Below are positions 23,047 to 36,250 of a DNA stretch of 64,000 nt, piece after piece. Source of the DNA: Podarcis gaigeae (lineage: Eukaryota); NCBI GenBank assembly GCA_964106915.2, contig OZ066921.1; one strand, 5' to 3'. Below the pieces are notes generated by a model. It saw nothing but the letters and a program-made list of their open reading frames with translations. It was not told the DNA's origin and ran no database searches. The stretch's first letter is position 1; each line of letters starts with the position of its first letter. The position numbers were made by a program, and so were the translations under genes.

Positions 23047-24331
23047 GAAGCACGCTTGCATGGCCCCACATTTCAGCTGCTGCAAAGAACACAGGAGCTT
23101 TGGGAGCTTCTAGACAAAGTCAGGGGGCATTGGAACACCTGTAATAAAGCAGCGAAAGGTGGGAAATCTACTCAACACCACATCTAAACTACCACTGAGC
23201 TAGAAGATGCACAGTGCTGGTAAATAATGCATGAAAAATAACTTCAGTGATTGTCGGCGAGAGCTAAGTTACATGACTTTAAGTATGTACAGAAACTTGG
23301 GGGGGGACGCCCACTTTTAATGACTTCATCTTGGTTGATCTTTGGTATCAAAGAATTTCTGAGCCTTCTCCCACCCCCACCCCTTGCATATGAAGAGGAC
23401 TGTTATGGCTTTTTAATGGATACTAATTTATTTTATTTCTCTTAAGTGTTTATTCTCTCTCCCTCTCTGCTTTTAAGGCATGCATGTCTCTAGGGGGAAA
23501 GTAGCACAGTACTTTAAATGGTCTGGATTTGCATATGAGCGAGTACAGCTTTTGTGAGCTGCAGAGTACTTTGGATTTAAAATGAAAGTAAATCCACTCA
23601 TCTAGCTGGGTACTGAATAATGGATGGTATGCTTATCCAGGCTCAGAGCAAAATCCAGACATCAGTGCGGAAGCACTTTGCACCTTATGTCTATGTTCAG
23701 TAGCTTCATTTCAACTAGTCTTGGGGGGAAAGGTGGCAGTTTCTTTTGTTCCCTCCTCTTATTGGCTGTTTACAGTGGGGACTTGGCCTTGATGGTGACA
23801 TTCTTTGGACCACGATAGTGATCAAGATAATTGGCAGAGGTGGAGAGCCTTAGGTCTAAGGGCCGTATGTGCCCCCTCCTCAGAGCTCTCAGTTTGGCCA
23901 TGGGACTCTCCGTAGGCCACATGCCTCACCATCCCTGCTTTACAATTTCCATGCATTTTGAAATCTTATACTACCTCATGTTTGCCTGGATGGAGGCTAG
24001 AGAGTGGTATGAGCATCTGTAGAAACTAGGCTACTGAACAAGGGTAAAATTTAGATTTGCTGCTCCACCTGCTTTAGCCTCTGGCCACACTCATCACTGA
24101 AATGTGGTCTACAGAAGGTTGCCAAGAGAAAATATGACCTTCAGGCTGAAAAGTGTTCCTCGCCACTACTTTAGAGGTATTTATATTGCTATCTTCATGT
24201 AATTGACCAATGCACAAGGGAGTTGTGGGATTGTTGTTAATAGTCCAATTTGGCCAATGATGTACATGCCAAACACAACCCACACTGGCTACATATTTGC
24301 TGCCTGAATAAATGAGGCCATATTCAAATAA

Positions 24332-24708
24332 TGTCAGGGCTGGGTTATGAGCAGCAATCTCAGGTGAGCCTCAAGTCAGGGATCAGAAGCCATGGAGCAA
24401 GCCAGACTACAGAACAAACCAGCCAGCTGGGTTGAAAAGCAAGCAAGCCATGTCAGGACCAAAGAGCAAGTCAGGACAGAAGAACTGTCAGAATGAAAGC
24501 AAAACACATGCATACAGCAATGCTCAAGAAGACCAAAGTGCTCAAGGAAAGCTCAAATGCAAAAGCAAGTCTTTCCTTCCCCTTCCTACCCAGAAGGATC
24601 CAGTTGTCAGGTTAGATGGGCAGAGTCAGTCTGGAGCATTCTTCCCTAACAAGGCTGTCACCTTCAGTTCAGCGGCTTGCCAGGTAAGGTAGCCACACAC
24701 ATATGACA
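24332..24708. mobile_element. Possible decayed solo LTR
   Basis: TGTCA...TGACA ends and internal AGTCAGG repeats; no TSD found. Confidence 0.3.
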
Positions 24709-25339
24709 GCAGCCACTAAACACTTACAGATGTAAAGCTGCAGCAAAACGAAAGCTGCATAGGCTTTAATCTGGAAATGAATTTTGGGAAATTCTTCTAG
24801 TTAACACCAGCATTCATGAACGGTGGAATGCAAAGCAGAGCAAGAGCAGAGAAAAGAAAAAAAGAAAAATGAAAGGGATCCACTAATCGTAAATGAAAAA
24901 GGATGTGCATTGTGTCTTGTACTTTTCCAACAAGATCATTTGGTTGCCCTTGCCTATCACTGGGGTTGGAGGTGGGGGGAGGAGGGGAGGAAGGGATATA
25001 TGAATCACAACAATGGCATAATGACATTTATTATTTATTTTTCTTTTCATCGATTTTTAATGTTATGTCAAATCAAAGGCTGATGGGGGATTCGACGTGT
25101 TCTGTTTTAACATACTGGCTTTGTAATGCTTTCAGTAAAGTAATTATTTATTCCAAGTTTTTATGAGGTGAAGAAAATCAAAGAGGTGGAGGGAATTCAA
25201 ATCCTATAGCACATTTCATATGCAGAAAATCTCCCCTTAAAATGTATATACTGAGCAGTATACCTGTGTGTGCTTATTGCTGTATTTGCTGGTCAGTGAT
25301 TGACTTGGCGCATTGTCTCCTCACTAGTAGGTTACACCA

Positions 25340-25546
25340 GTTGGGACTTTTTTCAGTTTAGAGCAGGGGTCTGCAACCTTTCAGACAAAAAGAGCCACTT
25401 GGACCCGTTTCCGAAGAAAAAAAAAACTGGGAGCCGCAAAACTCGTCATTATAAAAATAACTTTTTTGTCACTTTTTTATTATTACTTTGTTTGACCCCT
25501 CAGAATTACTCCTCCTCATAGAAATAAACGTTAAATTAACAAGTTA

Positions 25547-25590
<44 letters not shown>

Positions 25591-26230
25591 CTTCACTCCC
25601 CTTCAAAACAGTGACCAGCGTACATGCCCCTTACAATGTAGCGGGCGGGCGGGAAGGTGACGTCGGGACGGTGTGTGACTAACGCCCCCACTGCCCCCAT
25701 GCGACGTCACAGCCAGTACAGTGCCCGCCACAGTGGGGAGTGTCGGGGCACACAATGCGCCTCCTCCCCTCGCTAGTATCTGCCCCGGAGCCGCAGAAAA
25801 GGTGTAAAAGAGCCACATGCGGCTCCGGAGCCGCGGGTTGCTGACCCCTGGTTTAGAGAAAGGCAATCAGTGGAGACATGATAGAGGTATATAAAATTCT
25901 GCATGGTATGCAGAAAGCAGCCAGAGAAAAGTTTTTCTGCCTCTCTTTTGTCATGCTAAAACATGGGATCATCCAACGAAGCAGAATGTTGGAAGATTCA
26001 GGACAGACCAAAAAAAGCACCTTTTCCACACAGTGCCTAGTTAAACTATGTAATTCATAGTGATGGCCACAAACTTTGATGGCTTTGCAAGATGATTTGA
26101 CAGATTCATGAAGGATAAAGCTATTAACAGCAACTAGTCACAGTGGCAGTTTTCTACCTCAGCTGTTGGAGTTGGTAGGCCTCCGAATGTCAGTGGCTGA
26201 AAACCATGGGAGGCAAGAGTGCTCTTGTCC
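25340..26230 (+). mobile_element. CR1 LINE 3' fragment split by a hAT MITE
   Basis: LGLFFSLE|KRQSVETMIEVYKILHGMQK...GRFRTD, followed by CR1 3' UTR. Confidence 0.8.
25364..25850. mobile_element. hAT (Charlie-like) MITE containing (GT)n
   Basis: TIR CAGGGGTC(T/A)GCAACC, exact 8-bp TSD GTTTAGAG (25356-25363 and 25851-25858), CpG-rich. Confidence 0.92.
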
Positions 26231-26544
26231 TTCTTGTGGATAACATATGCTCATCCTTTTTACGGTGTTTCTTCTCCTCTCTCCTGTCGAAACATACTGC
26301 TTCTCTTAAACCCACTCTTTAACCTTACTTTTCCCTAGCTGATGAAAACTTAATCTAAAAATAGGGTAAGTCTATGTTAAAAAATACTTAACCTCGCACA
26401 GTAACAGATTTAAGCTACAAGTTTGACCCCAATGTTAGAAGGATTTTGACTGCATTGGTACTATGCTACACATTTATGGGCATTTGACTTAATAAGACTG
26501 ACTGGAATAATGCTTTTCACAAAATCAGCTCAGTAACTCTGCAA

Positions 26545-26810
26545 ACAATACAAGGCACCCCACAGGTTGCTTTTTAAATCATTTTTCGCAGAGAACAGGA
26601 CTTCCAACATAAAGAGCTAGTTACTTTTCTTTTGGACCCAGCTCAAAGCTGGAAAAAGTTAGACAATTTGCAAATTCATAACTGGAGACAAAAAGAATGG
26701 AAAATGGCATGCATGGAAAAATTCACAAAAGAGGTGAAAACATCAAAAGACAACTATCAGATAACAACTTTACTGGTACCCTTTTATAACACATATGAAC
26801 AAACATAATC
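26545..26810 (+). mobile_element. Decayed L1 ORF2 C-terminal remnant
   Basis: Translates to AQSWKKLDNLQIHNWRQKEWKMACMEK...WYPFITHM, typical of L1 ORF2 ends. Confidence 0.55.
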
Positions 26811-28050
26811 AGATTTGCCCCTCATCATCGACACACTTTCATCTTTGGAGCAATGTGCTTCAATAAATCCTTGCTTGGCTTTGGGGCAGAGGGAAATACC
26901 TTTGTCGATCTATGTACTGATGTTTTGTATTTCGGGAACTTATTTATTTATTTATATTTAAACCAGGAGGCAAGGCAACTGATAGAATGTACTGCCTGCT
27001 TATATCAGTTAAATTCTGGCTACAGCAACCTCTTAAGGTTTGATGTTTGGCCTTTTGAGGGTGCAAACCCTTTTAGCTGTTAGCTAGAATTATTAAAAGT
27101 AAATGATTTGCAGATTAATCTCCATATCAATAATGAAGATGTCCTTTCCAATTTATGTAGAGGATTTTGATGCAGAACCCTTATTTATGTGGTGTCTTAT
27201 TGTTTAATTAAGTCCAGAAATAAACTTCGCTGCAGAAGAAATCTGTCTAAATCAGGCAAACGAATCTTTTGGTTACCAAATTAATAACTTCATTGATGCC
27301 AACGGTCTTCCATTTTCACTCCATTACATTCTGAAATTTATGTTCAAATGGCATAGCAAACAAATGAGATTTTCATTTAGAAAAAATAAGAATGATAAGA
27401 TTGGAAAGGGGGGGGGAGAGAAGCAATTTAACGTCAATAAATTATTTTTAAAATGATTAAATGACGTATTCCATTAGCTATAAAAAGGGAATTAAAGGGC
27501 ATTGGTTTATGAACAGTCAGTCATCTGGAGACCTTTGTAACTCTGGCCAATTGTACCTGTAATAATTGCATGAGAGAACTTTATGGTGTCTCATTTGATA
27601 TTTCTTTTCTTCTTCAAAGCTACCACTCTCATCAACGTAATGATTAGAATGTGACAATGAAAAGACTAGAATAAATTATATTTTGTTCCCAGAGTGCACA
27701 AGCTAAATGTTTCAAATGGTTATTTTGCTTTGTGTGCTGCATGAATACAGATAGCTGCCTGAACATCACAGAATACCCAACGAGTCTCATTTAAAACAGA
27801 ATACGAGCCTGCAGAGAGGTGACCAAACTACCACAGAGTAACACAGGTTACAATCCTACACATTCTGCTCTCACTTTAGGAGCACAGGAAGCTGTTTTAA
27901 AGCAAATCAGACCATTGGCCAATCTAGATCAGCATTGTCTATACTGAACTCCCCAGGAGTGCAGGCAGGATTCTCTCCCAGCCCTATAGGAAGCCCACCA
28001 ACATTAGAAATGTTGTTATTTATTTCATTTATGAATCACTTTCTATGAGG

Positions 28051-28597
28051 CATAGGAACATATGAAATTGCCTTATACTGGGTCATTGGTTCTTCTTGCT
28101 CACTATTGTCTCCCAGACTGGCAGTGGCTTTCCAGGGTTTCAGATAAAATCTCACCTAACCCTACCTGGAGGTGCCAGGGATTGAAAGCAGGACCTAATA
28201 TGGGAGGTAATGCTGTGATGTTGGACTGGAAGAAAACTATTGTTGTCTATTATATTTAACAACAATTGGAGAATTAACTTGCATTGAATGAAAGGAATGA
28301 ACTGGAAAGTCCTCGACTGAAGACTGGGAAAATATCACCTAGCAGAATATTAATATAGATTGAACATTTGACTGTTTTGAAAAAAAATATTTCATATATA
28401 ACTGACAGATGGAAAGTTGGAAGTCCTTTTTACCTATTTCTTTTCTTGTTATCTTTCTTTCTTCTCTTTCTTCATTTTCTATTATCTCTTATTGTATTTC
28501 GAAAAGCACTAATAAAATTGTTGGGTTTTTTTGAAAAAAAAGAAAGAAACAATGAACTTTTGTGTACAGAGCAGATGCTGTCCCACTAAGCTATGGC
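28051..28597 (-). mobile_element. Squam3-like tRNA-derived SINE interrupted by a plus-strand L1-like 3' UTR (about 28197-28545)
   Basis: CATAGGAACATA..GCCTTATACTG tail, B-box remnant GGGATTGAA. The head resumes at about 28550 after an AATAAA/A-rich end. Confidence 0.6.
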
Positions 28598-30087
28598 TTT
28601 TCTCTATCTCAAACTGATTTATAATAAAGTGAAAACAAGTGTTGGTCTCTCTGTCTTCTGCTCTACCAATCCCAGTAAGCTCCAGTCACACACCTCTCCT
28701 GTCTAACACACAAACATACATAAGCAAATCAATTTGTGTTCTGTATTAGAATGGATAAAGAAAAAAAAAAACATGTTCCCAAACCAACTGGATATCTCAG
28801 CTGGTTACAACATGGTCTGACAATGCCAAAAGTTGTAGGTTTGCATTGCGGTGGGTTGGACTGGATGATGCTCTCAGGGTTCCTTCCATCTCTACAATTC
28901 TCTGATTCTGTGAAACAAGCATTCACTCTCTAAACTCAATTCTCTTCTGTCATTGGTATTGTTTGACTTCATTATGAACTGCTGGGCTTTTGTGTAATAA
29001 AAAGCTTTTTTGGCCAGAATTAATATACGTAATATTTATCCTTTTTTTCCCCTTGACCTCCGTAGCTTTGAAATCAATTTCAAAATGACTAAGCAGCTCT
29101 GTTCATTAAATGTATGCTTCCTTTCTGCATTTAAAAATAAGACTAATCCATAATTACTTTTATTATTTTCATCTACAGTAGAATAAAGATAATTTTTACA
29201 AACCCAAAGAAAATATAATCAAACGAAACACTTGTAATTCCTAACAAAGGAACAAATGTGATTATTATTTTTTTGCTTTTCAGCACTGCTGATTCAGTTG
29301 AAAAATCCTGCTTTGGAGGGGGTTGGACTAGATGGCCCTTGAGATCCCTTCAAAGTTCTTTGATTCTCTGAAATTAATTAAGTGAACTTGGGAAAATATG
29401 AAACAAAGATGGTGCACCACCATCATCTCATTGAACTTCTTTCTCAGTCAAAGCAAGTGCTAACAGCAGCATCAGCCATATCAAGGCACATTGGGTTGTA
29501 ATCTTCTGCCCAACAACATTGGGAAAAGAAGCAGCTGCCTTATATCAAATCAAACCATTGGCCCTTCTAGCTCAGCATTGTCTTTTCTGACTGGCAGCCA
29601 GGGATTGAACTTGGAACCTTCAGCATGCAAAGCAGATGCTGTATTATTAAGCCATGGCCCTTCCCTTCTCACAAGGCTGCTCATAAGCTGTAGCGCAGGG
29701 ATGGTTGATGAAAACCAACACACTTCCTAAGGTCCAAGTAAATACAACATTGTGCCACAGTGCACATTTTCCCCCCTTGTATAAAGTAGCAGCCATAAGC
29801 CTGGAGGTGACCGTCGCATGGATCACTGTGGCCAGATCAGGGCAGGAAAGGTGGGGAAGGATAGCTGCTGCTGCTTTCAGACTGCAAATGATATGTACTG
29901 TAATTTATTATGTCACCCCCCACACACATTTGCATTGCATATTCTTTGCATTGAAAAGAATGGGGTGGAATGATGTAATGGCAATATAATTTATGTCATT
30001 AAGATTGCATTTAGTGAAACAAATAGGGTAATTTTGGGTGGATGATGAACTGCAGAAGAAAGAAACCACACTGAATTTGATAAATAC

Positions 30088-30482
30088 AGGATGGGGATAG
30101 GAAATTCAGTCCACTTTCCAAAACAATACGTAAACTGCAACACAGCTATACTTTAAAATGTGGACTTCTCTGAATTTTGCAATGTAGCCAAGTATAAAAA
30201 TTAGAGCAAATTATATTAAAATGCAATTGTTAATGAATAGCATTCAAAATGCACTACATAAGAGGACATTGTTAACTAAAGATGTGTATATTAGGATGTG
30301 TATATTAGGCACAATTCCATACAATGATGTGCGTATTCCAATAAATTTGTACTAGAATACCGATAAATTTTGATGATGACTTTGTTTTGAAAAGTGCAAA
30401 TATATGTAGAAATCCCAAGGATTGAACTGAAGACTAGAAAAAAATGAGAGAAACTAAGATTGAAAGATTTTCCTATCCCCAC
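30088..30482. mobile_element. AT-rich non-autonomous element (AGGGATG...ATCCC ends); related copies at about 45805-47225, 54154-54830 and 60737-61119
   Basis: Shared motifs TTCTCYRAATTTTG, GTGTATATTAGGCA.AATT, GAATT.AA and GAGAAA.TGA in all four regions. Confidence 0.6.
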
Positions 30483-32384
30483 CTAGGACTCAAGGAATTT
30501 ATTTTTGAGTAGACATGTATAAGCTTGTACTATAAAATCATCAATTTGCTGCTGATTTATCAAATTCCTGACACCCTGAGAAAGAATTAAGAACCACATG
30601 AGAAAGAAGATGAAAACTTTTTGGTTTTTTAAAGTTTCAGTGAAAGTTGTTTGTTGTTTTGGCTCCGGGTAGAATCTGTGCTTTTTGTTTTATAACTTCA
30701 TAGTTAGGATTTTTATTTTTATTTGTAAAACATTTTGAAGCTCACTGACACACGACCATATGAGTGACCTGTTTGGCATTTTCTTTACAACTTTCTTATC
30801 CTTATACTTGGCAAACTAAGCAAAACAAATGATTTTAAAGAATCATCGAAAATACCCAATGGAATGAAACTGAACTTTTTGAAACATCCAAATACTTATT
30901 CTGTTCTTTTAGTTTGTCCTAAAAATAACCACACTGAACTCTCTCTCCCCCCCCCCTATATATATTTGTTTTAATTAGAATAAAATAGTACTCAGTTTGA
31001 AATGCACCAAGCTAAGATTCAGCCCAGAAAGAAGCTTTTATTTCTCTCTCTCTCTCTCTTTGCAAGCTAGGTTACAAACTCTAAAATCCAAGTTAGCAAC
31101 AAAAAGTGCTGACACTCCTTTCTCCACAGTTTCTTGAACTTTGCTGCTATAAAAACACACAAAATAAGTAGAGAAGGGTGGATAGTAAAAATGTCCTCAA
31201 GTAACAAAATGTCCAAGAATGCATAATTACGGATTTCTCAAGGACTTGTACACTCTGCACATATTTCCAGGTTATATTTCACTCTAGAGTAAGCAGCTAG
31301 AGGATCTTTTGGCAGCACACTGTCAGTGTTAAGAGCTATAAAATGTTTCAGACAACAATAGCCAGAGGCAATTTGTGTAATGTGTACTCTTTTACAAGAT
31401 GCAAACAATGGCAAAAACCCACAGACAGGAATTGACTTGAAAGCAAAGGAGATTTCATTTTGCTTAGGGCCTCTCTCTCTCTTTTCAAAGCAGTTGTATC
31501 AAAAGCAGCAATTTTATTCATTAAACAGGATTTTAACCTACAGCAACTATGCTTCATCCTGTTAAGGGCCAAAATAACACGAGGACAAACTCAAGAGTTT
31601 ATTGTAAGAAACAGAAAATTGTTTATTTGGTGCCAACAATAGACTTTTTAAGGTGTTAAATGGAATATAAGCATGCGTTCACATTACTACCTTAAAGCAC
31701 AGTGGAATTATTCTTACTATTTTTGGTGTGCTTCGTGGCCGCTTCCCCTCAGCGATTCACATCAGCACAACTTCATTAGAGTCATATTCATTTCTGTTTG
31801 TGTGCACACTTGGGCTGCAGGGGGTACTGATTGGGCAGGGATCTATTTACCCTAGGTAAAGGTTTCAACACCTTGGCTAGAGACGAATTAGGAATGGTTT
31901 AAGGACTCCAGCCAGTGTGAAACTGATTTGAGAAACAACACATCAAACAGATTGCATAACAAAATACAGGGTACATATGCATTCTGGATATCGTCTGAAT
32001 GCCGATTAGAAACTCAGCCCTGAAAACACAGTAATTGCACAGTAAATGGGAATGTGAACAGAGCCTGGGACGGCCTCCTGAGAGCTGCTTTGGACATTCC
32101 AAGGAAGTGTGGACCACAAGAAGAGCCCTGCTGGATCAAGACAATAGTCCATCTAGTCCAGCATTCTGTTTTCAACGTGGCCAGCCTATAGGAAGCCTGC
32201 AATCAGGACCTGATTGAAGCAGCACTCTCCCCACTTGAGATTCCCAGAAATTAGCATTCATACAGTGGCCACTGAACATTGCCATCATGGCTACAGGCCA
32301 CCTATAGCCTTCCCCTCCATTAATCTGTCTAATCCTTTTTTAAAGTCATCCACATTGATAGCCGTTACCACAAAGGGAGAACTT

Positions 32385-32774
32385 AGGAAGCTGCCTTACA
32401 CTAAGGCAGACCCTTGCTTCCCTCTATGTCAGTATTGTCTACACCAGAGCTTTCCAAATTGTGTGTCACGACACATTAGGTGTGTCAGCTGCAGTGTGTA
32501 GGTGTGTTGTGCAATTGCTTCCCCCGGGGCTGGAAAGGGATTAGTTTAACCTCTGGTTTGCTAGTAAAACTAAATTACTGTGTCGCAAAATGGTGCATGT
32601 TTAAAAAGTGTGTCAACAGCATGAGAAGTTTGGAGAGCTCTAGTCTACACTGACTGGCAGTGTCTCTCCATAGTTTCAGGCAGGAATCTCTCCCAAGCCT
32701 ACCTGGAGATTTGGGGAATTGAACCAAAGACTTCCTGCAAGAAAAGCAAATATTCTACCACTGAGCAACAGCCC
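32385..32774 (-). mobile_element. Squam3-like SINE inserted in a CR1 3' UTR remnant (about 32115-32940)
   Basis: AGGAAGCTGCCTTA..CAGTATTGTCTACAC|TGACTGGCAG..GAATTGAACC..CTACCACTGAGC. Confidence 0.75.
32445..32642. mobile_element. hAT MITE nested in the SINE
   Basis: TIR CAGAGCTTTCCAAA / TTTGGAGAGCTCTA and exact 8-bp TSD GTCTACAC (32437-32444 and 32643-32650). Confidence 0.88.
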
Positions 32775-35667
32775 TTTCTCAGCTTCCACCTCTTGAGGAA
32801 GCAAATTCCATAGTTTAACCACACACTGTGTGAACAAGTACTTCAATTTCTTTGTCCTGAGACTTTCAGCATTCTACTTCATTATATGGCCCTGATGTCG
32901 TGTTATGGGAGAGGAAGAAAAATGTTTATTTCTCCACATCATGCTCAAAACCTTTCTGCCTTGTTTGGGATCAAGGCCTGCTCAGCGCATGGCTCTAAAA
33001 ATGCAAGGATGCTTCATCCCATCTATAGAATAACAGTAATGGTACTGTGTAACCTCAGCACCTGATAAAGGAACAATCTGCACTGGTAACAGACACAAAC
33101 AACAGCCTCACAGTCAAGGTGGCCATAAAGGTCACCATAAACTCACATTGGTAGCCAGTCTGATTTAACATCCCCTTTTCCACCAGCAACCTAGCCTGAT
33201 TCATCTCTTGCTCCACTGATGACTTGCTGGCTAGCAAACCAGGCTGAGAACCACAGGACTACAGCCCTTTTGTGTTGGCTTATGCCAAAGGCTTGCACTC
33301 TTGCCAGGCAAAAGATTGAAACAGAATAAAATACTGTAAATGCCACCCCAATCTCCAAGCGGTGCAAGATTCCAGGGGTTCCAGGTGCCTACCCAGGGTT
33401 TGGTTTCCTCCAAATGAAGAGCAGCAGAGGCTGTAGTGTCTTTAGGATATATGGTTTATTTGCATATATTTACAACCTGAGCCTACAATGGAGGAGCTCA
33501 CAGCATAAAGGGCCATTACCCAAAACCTGACCTGGCTATTCTAGCAATTGAATCCTTGCTGGTTCCGTGGATTAGAAGGGACGCAGGTATACAGCCTAAC
33601 ACCCCTCTCTCCCACCCCACCCCCCAAAAAACCCCTCACAACAATAAAGTACCTGGGGATGTGGGGGAGAAGGGGAAAAGATAGTCTTCAGTCATTAGTC
33701 CAAGTGAATCTTCTTCCATTTGCATACCAGCCCCACCCCTCCCTAGAATTTGAAACATCCCTGGAAGTTGATAATGAAGGGTGGTATATAAACATTTCAA
33801 TTAAATAAATAACATTTTTATTAATGTGTGCAATATTTTAATCATTTTGCACCCAAAACCATTTTCTGTAGTCTTGTAATATCATTCTATATCAAATGCA
33901 AGCTAAGGAAATTACACAGGTTTATGTAGGTGTTAAGACTACACCTACGTAAACCTGTGTTAGGCTGGCCATAGGATTTCCCACAAGAGTCTACAGAGCA
34001 GAAATGAACTGAATTCCTCTTGCAAGTCTTATACATGACTAGAAAGTGGCAAGACAGTTTGCAAATGAGCAGGTGTTTGTAACATGTAACCTTAATTGAT
34101 TATTCTCTCGGGCCCTTTGTGCAATGGAGGCAGACTAATCTGTGTTTTTGCTTTGATTATTTATATTGGAAATGGGTGTAAATGGCAGGCTAATGTGTAT
34201 TTCAAAGGGAGAGCAAATAAGGACAGAAGCATTAATCATTTCACAACACACCAAAGGGTCACTCTACCTCTCTGACTTCCACACCGTGTCAGTATGAAAA
34301 CAGCAAATGGAAATGGGCAATATATTCTCATCTTGAATGCCTGAGTCATAAAGGCTTAGGGACTACTTTTTCTCTATAGATCTGCTCAGTCTGCTCAGGT
34401 TAAATCTGTGTAGAAATCAATCCATGGGGAGAGGAGCAGTTGGAATGCATTGTTAGCTGATTGTTAACCTTGGGCCTGATGGAGCAGCCTGTGGTGGGTC
34501 CAATAAGGTCACATGGGCAGAAACCAATGAGATTACATTAGCTCTGGCTTTATTCCCCCCCCTCCTTCCTTGCAAATGTGTGGATGCTAAAGCATTGCAG
34601 ATGTATAAGTACTTAGTCACTAACTAAACTGGAAAATATCTAAGCTTGGTTTAGGAGGGGTCCCTGCTGGCATAATTTCTAGTGTGGCTTAATGTCGCAA
34701 TAACTATACATTACTCAAAAAAACCACCACTAAACTCCATGGGGAAGCTCCCAGCTAGGTACTGGGGCCTGAATTAGCTAGTCTTAAAGGTGTCACACAG
34801 AACTGTCACACAGAACTATTAACAAGATCTGCAGATCTCCAGTCCTATGGGGAAAAGTTACCCCCACCCAATTTATACATTTCTATGCCTTCTTTCCAGA
34901 ATGTGGAGGGATAGTAAATGGTTTGTTTGCATGAGTTCATTTATTTTCCAGGCTCAAGACACTTCAGTTCTAAATGAAGCACCTGCAACATTACTGTTCC
35001 TGTTTCTGCCCTACAACATTGTCACCAGAGTCTTACGGCGATCACCAAAAGTGAGATCTCATGGCTTCCTTTGAATAAACAAATATAAAATTATAATCTT
35101 CTAGATGCTGCCCCAAATATTGCTAAGCCCAAGTCAAGAGGATACTTGTTAGATATGGATAAAACATTCTGTACACTCCCAGATTGTTCAGATACTCCTC
35201 GGTGATTATTGCAGCTGATCCTAAGCACATTGTTAAGATTTATTAGCTACCGGCAGGTTTTGTTTCTGAGGGGGTGATATTTCAGAATCTATATATCAGG
35301 ATTTTGCAGGAACGGAAATCGTGCAAGCATTTTAAATCCAAAGGGGCCCCTGGAAATAGAATCACACTAATAATGCCAGTATTAGTTGCAGCTGATGTCT
35401 CTTTGAACTCCAAAAGCTTTTCCAGTCTTTTTATAGGTGTAAAAGGGAGCAAAATCCTTGTAACTTTACCTACAGCATCTATCACTTGCCACCACAAATA
35501 AAAGATAATTTGGGACACTGTTTTATTTATTCCAGATTGGTAATGCTATCCTAACATTGCAGGGGGGAAATTGGTTAATAAAAACAAGCACCAGAACTTG
35601 GTGCCCAACTGACGTTGCTGGGGCAGAAAGCAAGGAGGCCAACACTAGGTGGAGCCAGAGTCAACTA

Positions 35668-35893
35668 CAGTGGTACCTTGGGTTACAGACACTTCAGATT
35701 ACAGACTCCGCTAACCCAGAAATCGTACCTCGGGTTAAGAACTTTGCTTCAGGGTGAGAACAGAAATCATGCAGCCGTGTTGTGGCGGCAGTGGGAGGCA
35801 CCATTAGCTAAAGTAGTACCTCAGGTTAAGAACGGTTTCAGGTTAAGAATAGGCCTTTGGAATGAATTAAGTTCTTAACCCGAGGTACCACTG
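35668..35893. mobile_element. Tigger-like MITE, copy 2
   Basis: TA|CAGTGGTACCT...AGGTACCACTG|TA; colinear with 7097-7338. Confidence 0.9.
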
Positions 35894-36119
35894 TACTTCT
35901 AGTTGTTTCTCTAACCTCCCCCTGGCTGTGTTTTCCAAGGGGAAAACTGATAGACAGTGACACCCCTGTTAATTGTTGCAATTAAGAAGCCAGGAAGCCA
36001 GGGGAGGGGGCTAGCTGAGGGTAGAAAGAGGTTGTTTGGGCAGTGCGCCACTTGCCCTAATAGTCCAGCTTCCACTGAAAACAAGCCAACCAATTATTCT
36101 CTCAGATTATTTATATATA

Positions 36120-36206
36120 TATAATGCTGTACTGTTTTTAACACTTGATTGGGAGCCGCCCAGAGTGGCTGGGGAAACTCAGCCAGATGGGCGGAGTATA
36201 AATAAT

Positions 36207-36244
<38 letters not shown>
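36120..36244 (+). mobile_element. L2 3'-end fragment followed by (CA)n
   Basis: Near-identical to the reverse complement of about 450-530. Confidence 0.8.
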
Positions 36245-36250
<6 letters not shown>

